This document shows positions 48,601 to 56,371 of a stretch of 56,371 bases of DNA, piece after piece. The notes below the pieces were generated by a model. That model made no database searches, had not been told where the DNA came from, and saw nothing but the letters and a program-made list of their open reading frames with translations. This DNA is from Promethearchaeota archaeon (lineage in GTDB: Archaea; Asgardarchaeota; Lokiarchaeia; Sigyniarchaeales; SOKP01), in the NCBI GenBank assembly GCA_019058365.1, contig JAHPZE010000029.1:1-56371 (forward strand), given 5' to 3'. The position numbers were made by a program, and so were the translations under genes. Position 1 is the first letter of the stretch. Each line of letters begins with the position of its first letter.

Positions 48601-50241
48601 GTCAATAACTGCTAAGCCAGAAAACCCATCCGCTACATAGGCATAATCTCCACTCACGTAAACTCCAACTGGAGATCCAGTCGTGTGTTCATAGATGGGT
48701 GTTCCCGGGTTTGTCGGGTCGGAAATATTAATGACCCACAAATCCGATTCTCTATCTGCTACATAGGCGTAATCTCCGCTCACGTAAATACCATGCGCAT
48801 ATCCGGTTGTGGCTTCGTAGACAGGCGTTCCCGGGTTTGTCGGATCGGAAATGTCAATGATCGCTAAGCCCGAGGGTCCATCCGCTATATAGGCATAATC
48901 TCCGCTCACATAAACTCTAAGTGCCTGTCCGGTTGTATCTTCGTAGATGGGCGTTCCCGGGTTTGTCGGGTCGGAAATATCAATGACCGCCAAACCAGAG
49001 TATTCATCAGCCACATAGGCATAATCTCCACTCACGTAAACTCCAACTGCAGTTCCAGTCATTTCTTCGTAGATGAGCATCCCCGGATTCATCGGGTCAG
49101 AAATATCTATGATTGTCAAGTTTCCATCTGCTACATAGGCATAATCTCCATCTATGTAAACGTCATTTGCGCTTCCTGTCGTGACTTTATAGATGGGCAT
49201 TCCTGGGTTTATAGGGTCGGAGATGTGAATGACTGCTAAACCCGAGTTCCAATCCGCTACATAGGCGTAATCTCCACTCTCATAAAAGTTATATGCAACT
49301 CCAGTCGTGTCTTCGTAGACGGGCGTTCCCGGGTTTGTTGGGTCGGAAATATTAATGACCGCTAAGCCCGAGTTCCCATCCGCTACATAGGCATAATCTC
49401 CACTCACGTAAATGCCACGTGCATATCCAGTCGTGGCTTCATAGACAGGGATTCCCGGGTTTGTCGGGTCGGAAATGTTAATGACTGCTAAGCCCGAGTT
49501 CCCATCCGCTACATAGGCATAATCTCCGCTCACGTAAACACCCCATGCCTCTTCGGTCGTGGTTTCGTAGATAGGTGTTCCCGGGTTTGTCGGGTCGGAA
49601 ATATTAATAACCGCCAAGCCAGAAAACCCATCCGCTACATAAGCGTAATCTCCGCTCACATAAATACCACGTGCAAATTCTGTCGTGTCTTCGTAGATGG
49701 GTGTTCCTGGGTTTGTCGGGTCGGAAATATTAATGACCGCCAAGCCCAAGAGTCCAACAGCCACATAGGCATAATCTCCACTCACGTCAATGCCCCATGC
49801 CTCGCCGGTTGTGTCTTGGTAGATGGGCGTTCCTGGGTTTATAGGGTCGGAAATATTAATGACCGCCAAGCCTGAGAGTCCAACAGCTACATAGGCATAA
49901 TCTCCACTCACGTAAACGTCAAGTGCCTGTCCGGTTGTGTATTCGTAGACGGGCGTTCCCGGGTTTGTCGGATCAGAAATATTAATGACCGCCAAGCCCG
50001 AATTCCCATCCGCTATATAAGCGTAATCTCCACTCACATAAATGCCATATGCAGCTCCGGTCGTGGCTTCATAATAAACAGAAGATTCTCTGGGGGGCTG
50101 GGGGGTAATAATTTTATTGGTATTATTTTCGTCATAGGAAACTTCAATATCTCTCTGATTACTTGCTAATAAATTTGGGATTATGACTAACGTTAAAACT
50201 AATATTATAATAAGCTTTAATTTTACGTATTTATTATTCAA
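45694..50241 (-). CDS. Single-pass receptor-like protein: signal peptide, 14 LVIVD beta-propeller repeats, Ig-like stalk, TM, TIR domain, Ig/platform (appendage-like) domain, Zn ribbon
   Basis: 14 x (V/I)xxxGDYAY...L.(V/I)I.I repeats; TM LIIIIIISISLIMAISGAIVW; NVFFSYSSLD...FILFCTENSMKSNSVKGEW (TIR); CPYC...CKYC. Confidence 0.88.
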   Translation of the reverse strand: MNNKYVKLKLIIILVLTLVIIPNLLASNQRDIEVSYDENNTNKIITPQPPRESSVYYEATTGAAYGIYVSGDYAYIADGNSGLAVINISDPTNPGTPVYEYTTGQALDVYVSGDYAYVAVGLSGLAVINISDPINPGTPIYQDTTGEAWGIDVSGDYAYVAVGLLGLAVINISDPTNPGTPIYEDTTEFARGIYVSGDYAYVADGFSGLAVINISDPTNPGTPIYETTTEEAWGVYVSGDYAYVADGNSGLAVINISDPTNPGIPVYEATTGYARGIYVSGDYAYVADGNSGLAVINISDPTNPGTPVYEDTTGVAYNFYESGDYAYVADWNSGLAVIHISDPINPGMPIYKVTTGSANDVYIDGDYAYVADGNLTIIDISDPMNPGMLIYEEMTGTAVGVYVSGDYAYVADEYSGLAVIDISDPTNPGTPIYEDTTGQALRVYVSGDYAYIADGPSGLAIIDISDPTNPGTPVYEATTGYAHGIYVSGDYAYVADRESDLWVINISDPTNPGTPIYEHTTGSPVGVYVSGDYAYVADGFSGLAVIDISDPTNPGTPVYEDTTGYAHGVYVSGDYAYVADRESGLAVIDISNPTNPGTPIYEATTGPAHVVYVSGDYAYMADGPSGLAVIQIRKRVDMVDPIITNAPNNFTVKYGYTGVSFSWTATDSNPNIYTIELQGSGIVAGPIAWLDATIITYNVPSGLLVGEYLYTVNFTDDYDNFATDTVKMTITEIEDPIITNAPSNFTVDYGYTGVNISWTATDSNPNIYTIELQGSGIVTDPSAWLNNTTITYNVPNGLLVGEYLYTVNFTDDYDNFATDTVKMTITEIEDPIITNAPSNFTVDYGYTGVNISWTATDSNPNIYTIELQGSGIVTDPSAWLNNTTITYNVPNGLLVGEYLYTVNFTDDYDNFATDTIKMIVKEINPVISILSPSLNSLFGQNPPDFSISIIEDGIINYTWYSLFDGTHWSQNVTFTGLTGNIDQTLWDSLPKGNIIIRFYAKDLAGNIGFQQVSITKTSDIPSDGTPLPIGLIIIIIISISLIMAISGAIVWKKKVSLREKRRIEKKEIEEEKIISPPMIPKVGAKRNVFFSYSSLDFDYFEIPKIAELLEEFDEVEKVYFYEKWSGQNIVEYMEETLDKCNIFILFCTENSMKSNSVKGEWHAAYQLVKKGKMEIIPVYNNEDYIPNLLMPMLNVKFNKIDLNNFVESLNKRLIDTKITPKEITTETIELKRGMDFVGGLIRYKVAINNSTEMSINDLAIELKMAAEHIRIIDIKPRTYKKGDRAEIPNISPNQSISIDFYLEPMICGKIPVHPIATYFDAYGKPKMVLKDPLVVESKCPPIANVGEENVAMVKNIFEDKRLIRTSRSSELELDPNSTFNVLREAVGAWAGKSVSEPIYESNEPLIVEIYYLIQDQHIDPELGHREQIIIRIKVNERKNTAILSVAAEENSTVTGVMTHIWQLAEITFQKTYNLKLRSLRCPYCGDTIENLEETQEKIKCKYCKTIFEKNLLDKN
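47487..48340 (-). repeat. Three tandem 285-bp intragenic repeats (95-aa Ig-like domains), two essentially identical
   Basis: Same sequence recurs at 47756 and 48041 (offset 285); protein unit DPIITNAP...DNFATDT. Confidence 0.92.
48345..50075 (-). repeat. About 14 tandem ~129-bp LVIVD-coding repeats, GC-rich relative to the window
   Basis: Recurring ATAGGC(A/G)TAATCTCC(A/G)CTCAC and CCCGGGTTTGTCGG blocks; 43-aa period. Confidence 0.92.
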
Positions 50242-50870
50242 AACTTTTAATTACTCTATAAATTTTTTTACATAAATGTCTTTGAAAAATAAAGAGACTT
50301 TCTTCTTTATAAACTTTTTTCCAAATCATGGGATTTCAAATTTTTGAGATTAAGGAAAAAAAGTTAATACTCAATACCATAATGAGAATTAATTCCTTGA
50401 GAGAAGTAATAGTGCTTTATCATCGTTGTTAAAACCCTTATTTCAGTTCTCTTTCAATTATTATCATTTAGATCAAATCGAAAACCCCAGAAACCCGATA
50501 TATCGATATATTGTCGAAATTTATTTCTTTTTGGAGAAAGAATCAAAACCACCCTCCTTACTATATATTCTTTTTATATTACAGTTGGAGTTCATGTATT
50601 GTCTTTTTCTTTATATAATTGGGAATACTATTTTCATAACTCCTAATTTAAAATTAACAGTGGTTTAAAATGGCAAATTCACATGGAAGTTTATGTCGAA
50701 GCAAGTGTTGCATAACACTTTTTTTAGCTCTTTTAAGAAATTTCAGTGTGTGCTAATAAAAATTTATTAGGAATTTAAATTATCATCACAGGAGATTAAA
50801 TCTTCATGCTATATTGCGAAATTATTTAGTGCGTTATGAATATATTAAAATAATTAAAGAATATGTTGTT

Positions 50871-53800
50871 TCATTTTGTTCTTTTAGGTTTTTTTAATTG
50901 TTTATTAAAATGAGTTTTAAATTTTCCCCATAGGTTTTTTAGATCTCTTTGTGAACTAATTATTACTACTATACCGGGAAAACCAATAAGTATACTGATA
51001 AGTACTCCTGAAATAACATTTATATTGTCATTTTTACTTAAGGTTGGATCTTCAACTTCTTTTCCTTTTTCATATACCAGAAATTTAGTTAGTATTTCAG
51101 TTTCTTTTCCATCCAATCCTCGTGCCCAAATTGTAATATTATGAGTTCCTATTCCATATCCATCAATTGAAAAACTAAATAGTTGCCCACTAACATAATT
51201 ATTTGAATATGTAATAGCGTTATCAATAGAAAAAGTAAAATGATCTGGATATTTAGAAAAAATTGTAAAGTTGATGATATTTCCGCTAGAGTTGAATTCA
51301 TAATCATCAAGAAAATTAACATTAATTGTTGTAATAGATGATGAATAAATGTTGAACTCTGAGTTGTTTATTCCGATTTTTCCATCTAATCCAATTGCCC
51401 ATATGAAAATTGTATGAGTTCCAATACTGGCAGTATAATTATCCAACAAGAATGTTATAGGAACACCATTAATGTAATGATCGATTTTTAGTATAGTTCC
51501 ATCAATCCATAACTCATAGTAATCAGGATAATCACTATGAATAGAAAATGTCATATTATATTTATTTGAAAGAAATTCGGCATCATTTAAAATGTCAATT
51601 CTAATTACGGTCGATGAACTGGAATATACACTAAACTCCGCCATCAAAGTTCCAATTTTACTATCTAACCCTATAGCCCAAATATATATTGAATAATTTC
51701 CTAAGACTGAGGATAAATAATCAAGTGAATATAAAATATATTCTCCACTACTATAATTATCTGTGAGAACTAAAACATTATCAATCCATAGTTCATAAAA
51801 GGCAGGATAATTTGAATAAATTGAGAAATTTAAATAATTTCCTGTTGTAAAGAATTCAAATCCCTCTAAATGGTGTATGGAGATTAGTGTAATAGAACTA
51901 GAATATACATTAAACTCAGCATGTATAAGATATTCTTTATAATCTCTTCCAACGGCCCATATTTCGACTGTATGATTACCTAAAATAGCAGAATAGCTGT
52001 CTAAGGAAAATAAGATATAATCTCCATTTGTATAATTACCCATTATTACCAGATTGCCATCAATCCATAATTTATAATAATCTGGATATTCAGAGAAAAT
52101 AGAAAAGTTAAGTAAATTATTTGTTGATAAAAATTCACATCCTTGAAGAGCATTGATAATTATTATAGTTGTTGAATTTGAATAAATGTTGAATGATGTG
52201 TTCAATATCGCAATTTTTGTGTCAATACTCCTTGCAATAATAATAACAGAATGATCTCCAATATTATATCCATCAAATTGATATAAAATGATTTGTTCTG
52301 GAGTAAAACTGCCATTATCAACCAAGATCCCATCAATTGAGATATTATACGTACCTGTATACTGAGATGAAATACTAAAATTAATATAATTACCAACTGT
52401 CATAAATATATAATTTGGAAGGCTATTCACATTAATAATAGTTGTTGAGTTTGAGTATACATCAAATTCAGCAAAAGCTGTTCCAATTTTTCCATCTAAA
52501 CCTATTGCCCAAATAAAGACTGTATGATTTCCAATGGCATATCCATCAATAGAATAATATAAGTATTGACCATTCACAAAATCTCGATTATCAATGAGAA
52601 AACCGTCGATATAAAAAGTAAAATAATCGGGGTAAGATGAACTAATATTAAATTTAATGTAATGACTTGATGTTTGAAATTCATAATCAGGCAATTCTTT
52701 AATTACAACGATTGTATTTGAAAGAGAGTAAACAGTAAAACTCGATTGAATTGATGTCTCACTACCATCAGTACTATTAGCCCAGATTCTAATAATGTGT
52801 TCACTTACATTATAGCCATCTATCGAAAGATTGAAATAGTGCCCACTATGATTGTATTTTCCTGTCCAATTAAGTACATCATCAAGATAGAACATAACTA
52901 TATCTGGAAAGGAAGCATTTATACAAAACAAGATCTTATTTCCATTAGTTTGAAATTCATAATTTGGGAGATCGAGAATGTTAATTTCTATAAAGGAGTG
53001 ACTAAATACACTAAACTGAACGGAATTTGTTGATTCTTTTCCATCTGAACCGTTTGCCCAGATTAACAATGTATGAATTCCGACGTCATACCCATCAATT
53101 GAGCAATTTACTGTAAGATTTTTAATATAATTGTCTTTTTCTATTAGTTCTTCATCAATAAATACTTTATAGGTATCTGGATAAGAAGAACTTATGCTAA
53201 AATTTACGTAGTTCTCTATTGTTTCAAAAATGTAGTTATTAACTGAGTAGATAGTTATAATAATTTCAGAATTGGAAAAAACCATAAAACTGCTGTATAC
53301 TATACACTCCATCTCATCCAGACCTATTGCCCAGATAGTAATATTATGAATTCCTACGGTAAATCCATCGATTGAAAATTGAAAGATTTGGCCATCATAA
53401 TATATCCCTGAGTTTATTTCAATATTATCAATGGAGAAATTATAATGATCTGGGTATTGGGAATTCATATGAAATGTTATGTTATTTCCTAAAGTCATGA
53501 ACTCATAGTCATAAAGCTGATCAATAGTTATAATTGTACTTGAGTCTGAATAAACCGAGAATGTAGCAGATACTTCCCCATAATGCCCGTCTAGAGCTGT
53601 AGCGTTAATTTTTATGTTATAATCTTTAATTTCATCGGCAAATTCATCTAAGGAATATATAAATGTCTCGCCATTTTGATCAAACATTCCCGAATCTACA
53701 AGAGTTCCATCAACCCAATACCAATAAGTTCCATTATAACCAGCTTCTATATGAAACGTTATATTATTCCCGGTTGAGAGAAACTTGCAATTTTCTAAAG

Positions 53801-56279
53801 AAGTTATATTAATGATCGTGCTTGAATCGGAGTATATATTAAAAGTTGATACAACCTCTCCATAACTCCCATCCAGAGCTGTCGCATTTATTTTTACTGT
53901 ATAATCCTTAATTTTTGTTGTAAATCCATCCAATGAATACACAAACACGTCTCCGTTTGGATTGAAGGCATCTGAATCCATTAGAATGCCATCAACCCAA
54001 TACCAGAACATTCCACTATATTTTGCATTAATAGTGAATGTAATATTATTTCCGGTAGAGAGAAATTTACAACTTTCAAGATGATCGATATTTACATACG
54101 TAATAGAATTACCAAGATCATTTACGACCATCTCAGCAACCCATAATAATACTTCTTGATGTATTTGGTCTTTATCATTAGTCAAGTAATATTCTTTATA
54201 CTCTTCAGAGTAAATATCTCCAATAAGTTGATAAATGAGATCATAATCAAGTGGTATAATTTCTTCTATAAGTTTTGAGATTTTATATGTATAATACACG
54301 CTTTTAATATTTGAATAATTGATATGATTGAATACAAAATTCTTTATCTTAGTTTCATCCAAATCAAAAGAATCAATACTTTTCAAGATATAAATCGCAT
54401 AAAATGTATTTTCTATGAGTATTTCAGGATTCATGGTATATCCAGGAGAAAAATATTGGAAATTTTCATCTTCAAAGATATGATTATGAATATAATTACT
54501 GAGAGCAGAAACATCAAAGTCAAGAGAAGTGATATCTCCTAAACCTAAATAATCACTAAGTAATTCAACAGTAGCGATTACGAAATATGAATAATCAATA
54601 AAAATTTTCTCATTTTGGTACTCTGAACTACCCAGAGAAAAACTCAGAAATGGAAGAAATCCCCCATAATTATCAAATCCAACTCTTAAAAATTGACTCT
54701 CGAGATTTGAATCTAATAATTTAGTTAAATTATGAGTTTCCGCAAAAGTGTTCAATTTTCCTAACAATCTGAATGATTCCAAAGCATTATAGGTGTGCTT
54801 ATGTGATACTAAAGAAGGCTCTACTTGTTGGAGATGATTTTGATCCCCTGAACAATAATATTCAATAGGAAATGAACGATATTTTCTCCAACTATCTTCA
54901 AAAATTGTTCCAGCTATAAATCCGTCGCAATCTGAAAGAGAATTGTATACATATGAATTTTCAATAATAGAGTAGAGATATTGATCATCTAATTCAGAAG
55001 TCCTATTATATAGATCAAAAGAGTTAATGATAGTATATAGAAGATTAATTGAGGTATACTCTTTCGAAAGTAATGAAAATCCTTTGTAACTAGTAAAATT
55101 TCGTATCGCATTTGAGATCATATTTTTATCATTCTCAGTTAAAAGAGAGATCTCTCCTGAATCTGACAATGATCGAATTACTTGAAACGTGTCAATCAAT
55201 TCACAATAGAGATATTCTGTTGAAAAATTCCAGATTCCTTTATTATTCCGGTTATTAAGAATAAAATTGACAATATTTGCTCTATCAATTCCAGTATAAG
55301 ATGTTAAATCAGAAAGAACCAACCCTAGAGAAGTTCCTGCAATATTTCCGTAATTTTCCAGTAAGAAATGAGACATCTGAAAACTATAAGTTGCTGGATC
55401 ATATAAACCCTCAAGATACTGATGAAAATCATCTATATTAATTACATCTACTACACCAAAGATATCTAATGATTTGATACAATAATAAGATGAAAGAAGA
55501 TTTGGCTCAAATAGATCTATTGTATCAATTGTATGATCTATATCATTTTCGAATCCCCCAAAATACCAGTAAAAGACATTAGTTGACTGTAAATCTTGTA
55601 TATATTGAATCAGCTCATTTTTTTCAGTAATGTAGTTATTCCAATCATTCATAAGAAGGTCTAATGTAACGATGGCAAAATAAGTATTATCCATAGTTGA
55701 TACTTTAAAATAATCGGGTAAATTAGAGTTATAGGGTTTACCAATAAACCCACTCGTTGAAGTTTGGTAGCAATCCCAGATGAAATCAATTGATTTTTGA
55801 ATATCAATCAGAATTAGATTGTTTAAAATTTCAAGCGATAAAATAGCATAGCAATTTACTTCTAGAAGCGATGAGTATGGATAATATGTCTTGGAAATAT
55901 TCATATCTAGATACCTTAGTGAGTAATCGTCTGTAAAGGTAAATGAGCTTTGGTTATAACAACTCATTATATAGTTAAGTATTCTAGTTTGGTTTATATC
56001 CGATAACCTCCCAACCTCCTCTAATATCGAAAGAGCATAATACATAGCTTGCAATGAGGGTTGGTATATTTGAAGGAAATATCCTAAAGAGTTATAATCA
56101 TCTAACTTTGAATTTAGTATTTCAGGTACAATATCAAAATTATTTGTAGAAGGGGGTAAAAAGGATTCAGAAGTCTCTTTAGATAAATCGTAATTATGAG
56201 AGTGTACAAATAAAGTAAGAACTAAAAAACTCACAAATAATCCAGTAGTCCACAAGAGTTTATGCTTTTTTAGAACCAT
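50871..56279 (-). CDS. Large secreted, membrane-anchored protein: PFTB-like alpha/alpha toroid head plus ~11 tandem ~90-aa Ig-like repeats
   Basis: First ~720 aa align with 121..3087 (YQPSLQAMYYAL, LEVNCYAI, FEPNLLSSYYCIK); repeats end WA.G.DG; C-terminal TM plus basic tail. Confidence 0.8.
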   Translation of the reverse strand: MVLKKHKLLWTTGLFVSFLVLTLFVHSHNYDLSKETSESFLPPSTNNFDIVPEILNSKLDDYNSLGYFLQIYQPSLQAMYYALSILEEVGRLSDINQTRILNYIMSCYNQSSFTFTDDYSLRYLDMNISKTYYPYSSLLEVNCYAILSLEILNNLILIDIQKSIDFIWDCYQTSTSGFIGKPYNSNLPDYFKVSTMDNTYFAIVTLDLLMNDWNNYITEKNELIQYIQDLQSTNVFYWYFGGFENDIDHTIDTIDLFEPNLLSSYYCIKSLDIFGVVDVINIDDFHQYLEGLYDPATYSFQMSHFLLENYGNIAGTSLGLVLSDLTSYTGIDRANIVNFILNNRNNKGIWNFSTEYLYCELIDTFQVIRSLSDSGEISLLTENDKNMISNAIRNFTSYKGFSLLSKEYTSINLLYTIINSFDLYNRTSELDDQYLYSIIENSYVYNSLSDCDGFIAGTIFEDSWRKYRSFPIEYYCSGDQNHLQQVEPSLVSHKHTYNALESFRLLGKLNTFAETHNLTKLLDSNLESQFLRVGFDNYGGFLPFLSFSLGSSEYQNEKIFIDYSYFVIATVELLSDYLGLGDITSLDFDVSALSNYIHNHIFEDENFQYFSPGYTMNPEILIENTFYAIYILKSIDSFDLDETKIKNFVFNHINYSNIKSVYYTYKISKLIEEIIPLDYDLIYQLIGDIYSEEYKEYYLTNDKDQIHQEVLLWVAEMVVNDLGNSITYVNIDHLESCKFLSTGNNITFTINAKYSGMFWYWVDGILMDSDAFNPNGDVFVYSLDGFTTKIKDYTVKINATALDGSYGEVVSTFNIYSDSSTIINITSLENCKFLSTGNNITFHIEAGYNGTYWYWVDGTLVDSGMFDQNGETFIYSLDEFADEIKDYNIKINATALDGHYGEVSATFSVYSDSSTIITIDQLYDYEFMTLGNNITFHMNSQYPDHYNFSIDNIEINSGIYYDGQIFQFSIDGFTVGIHNITIWAIGLDEMECIVYSSFMVFSNSEIIITIYSVNNYIFETIENYVNFSISSSYPDTYKVFIDEELIEKDNYIKNLTVNCSIDGYDVGIHTLLIWANGSDGKESTNSVQFSVFSHSFIEINILDLPNYEFQTNGNKILFCINASFPDIVMFYLDDVLNWTGKYNHSGHYFNLSIDGYNVSEHIIRIWANSTDGSETSIQSSFTVYSLSNTIVVIKELPDYEFQTSSHYIKFNISSSYPDYFTFYIDGFLIDNRDFVNGQYLYYSIDGYAIGNHTVFIWAIGLDGKIGTAFAEFDVYSNSTTIINVNSLPNYIFMTVGNYINFSISSQYTGTYNISIDGILVDNGSFTPEQIILYQFDGYNIGDHSVIIIARSIDTKIAILNTSFNIYSNSTTIIIINALQGCEFLSTNNLLNFSIFSEYPDYYKLWIDGNLVIMGNYTNGDYILFSLDSYSAILGNHTVEIWAVGRDYKEYLIHAEFNVYSSSITLISIHHLEGFEFFTTGNYLNFSIYSNYPAFYELWIDNVLVLTDNYSSGEYILYSLDYLSSVLGNYSIYIWAIGLDSKIGTLMAEFSVYSSSSTVIRIDILNDAEFLSNKYNMTFSIHSDYPDYYELWIDGTILKIDHYINGVPITFLLDNYTASIGTHTIFIWAIGLDGKIGINNSEFNIYSSSITTINVNFLDDYEFNSSGNIINFTIFSKYPDHFTFSIDNAITYSNNYVSGQLFSFSIDGYGIGTHNITIWARGLDGKETEILTKFLVYEKGKEVEDPTLSKNDNINVISGVLISILIGFPGIVVIISSQRDLKNLWGKFKTHFNKQLKKPKRTK

Positions 56280-56371
56280 TACATATGAATTCTTTAGATA
56301 TATTTAAAGAAAAAACAAAGATTAGCTACAAAATTCAGTGATTTGAAGACCACTTGGTATTAAATTGTATC

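Noticed and set aside
47487-50075. CRISPR array or DGR template/variable repeats
   Set aside because: Repeats are in-frame coding units (129 and 285 bp) with no unique spacers; no cas or reverse transcriptase gene in the window.
50426-50668. 80-aa ORF in the gap between the two large surface genes
   Set aside because: TTG start without SD, no motif, low-complexity AT-rich composition; could be decayed sequence but cannot be supported.
2711-54542. Short antisense or alternate-frame ORFs in the track nested in longer genes (e.g. 2743..3042, 15575..15907, 21369..21698, 42443..42778, 46403..46693, 52797..53033)
   Set aside because: They shadow well-supported genes and show no motifs or SD sites.

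Overview
AT-rich archaeal chromosomal window. Gene content and style (archaeal Hef and Hel308 helicases, archaeal uS10, 7S SRP RNA, V4R-type proteins, GGTGA Shine-Dalgarno sites, large surface proteins) point to an Asgard/Lokiarchaeia-like genome; this taxonomy is an inference. Two paralogous secreted alpha/alpha-toroid surface proteins bracket the window. Between them lie a DNA-repair helicase cluster, a tightly coupled 5-gene membrane operon built around an HhH/nuclease-fold protein and a degenerate HerA/VirB4-like ATPase, an SRP RNA, metabolic genes, a Bud23-like methyltransferase and a receptor-like beta-propeller-TM-TIR protein. The strongest unexplained signal is missed by the ORF track: two tandem small ORFs (44718-45240, minus strand) each carry an in-frame UGA just after a Cys (CTG-UGA, CYSTS-UGA). 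Each is followed 81-84 nt later by a covarying three-way-junction RNA element, making this a candidate new selenopeptide/recoding system. Other notable signals are repeated apparent use of non-canonical start codons (ATA/GTA/ATC), an unexplained structured element at 10890-11010, and several gene remnants. All family assignments come from motif recognition by eye, not from database searches.
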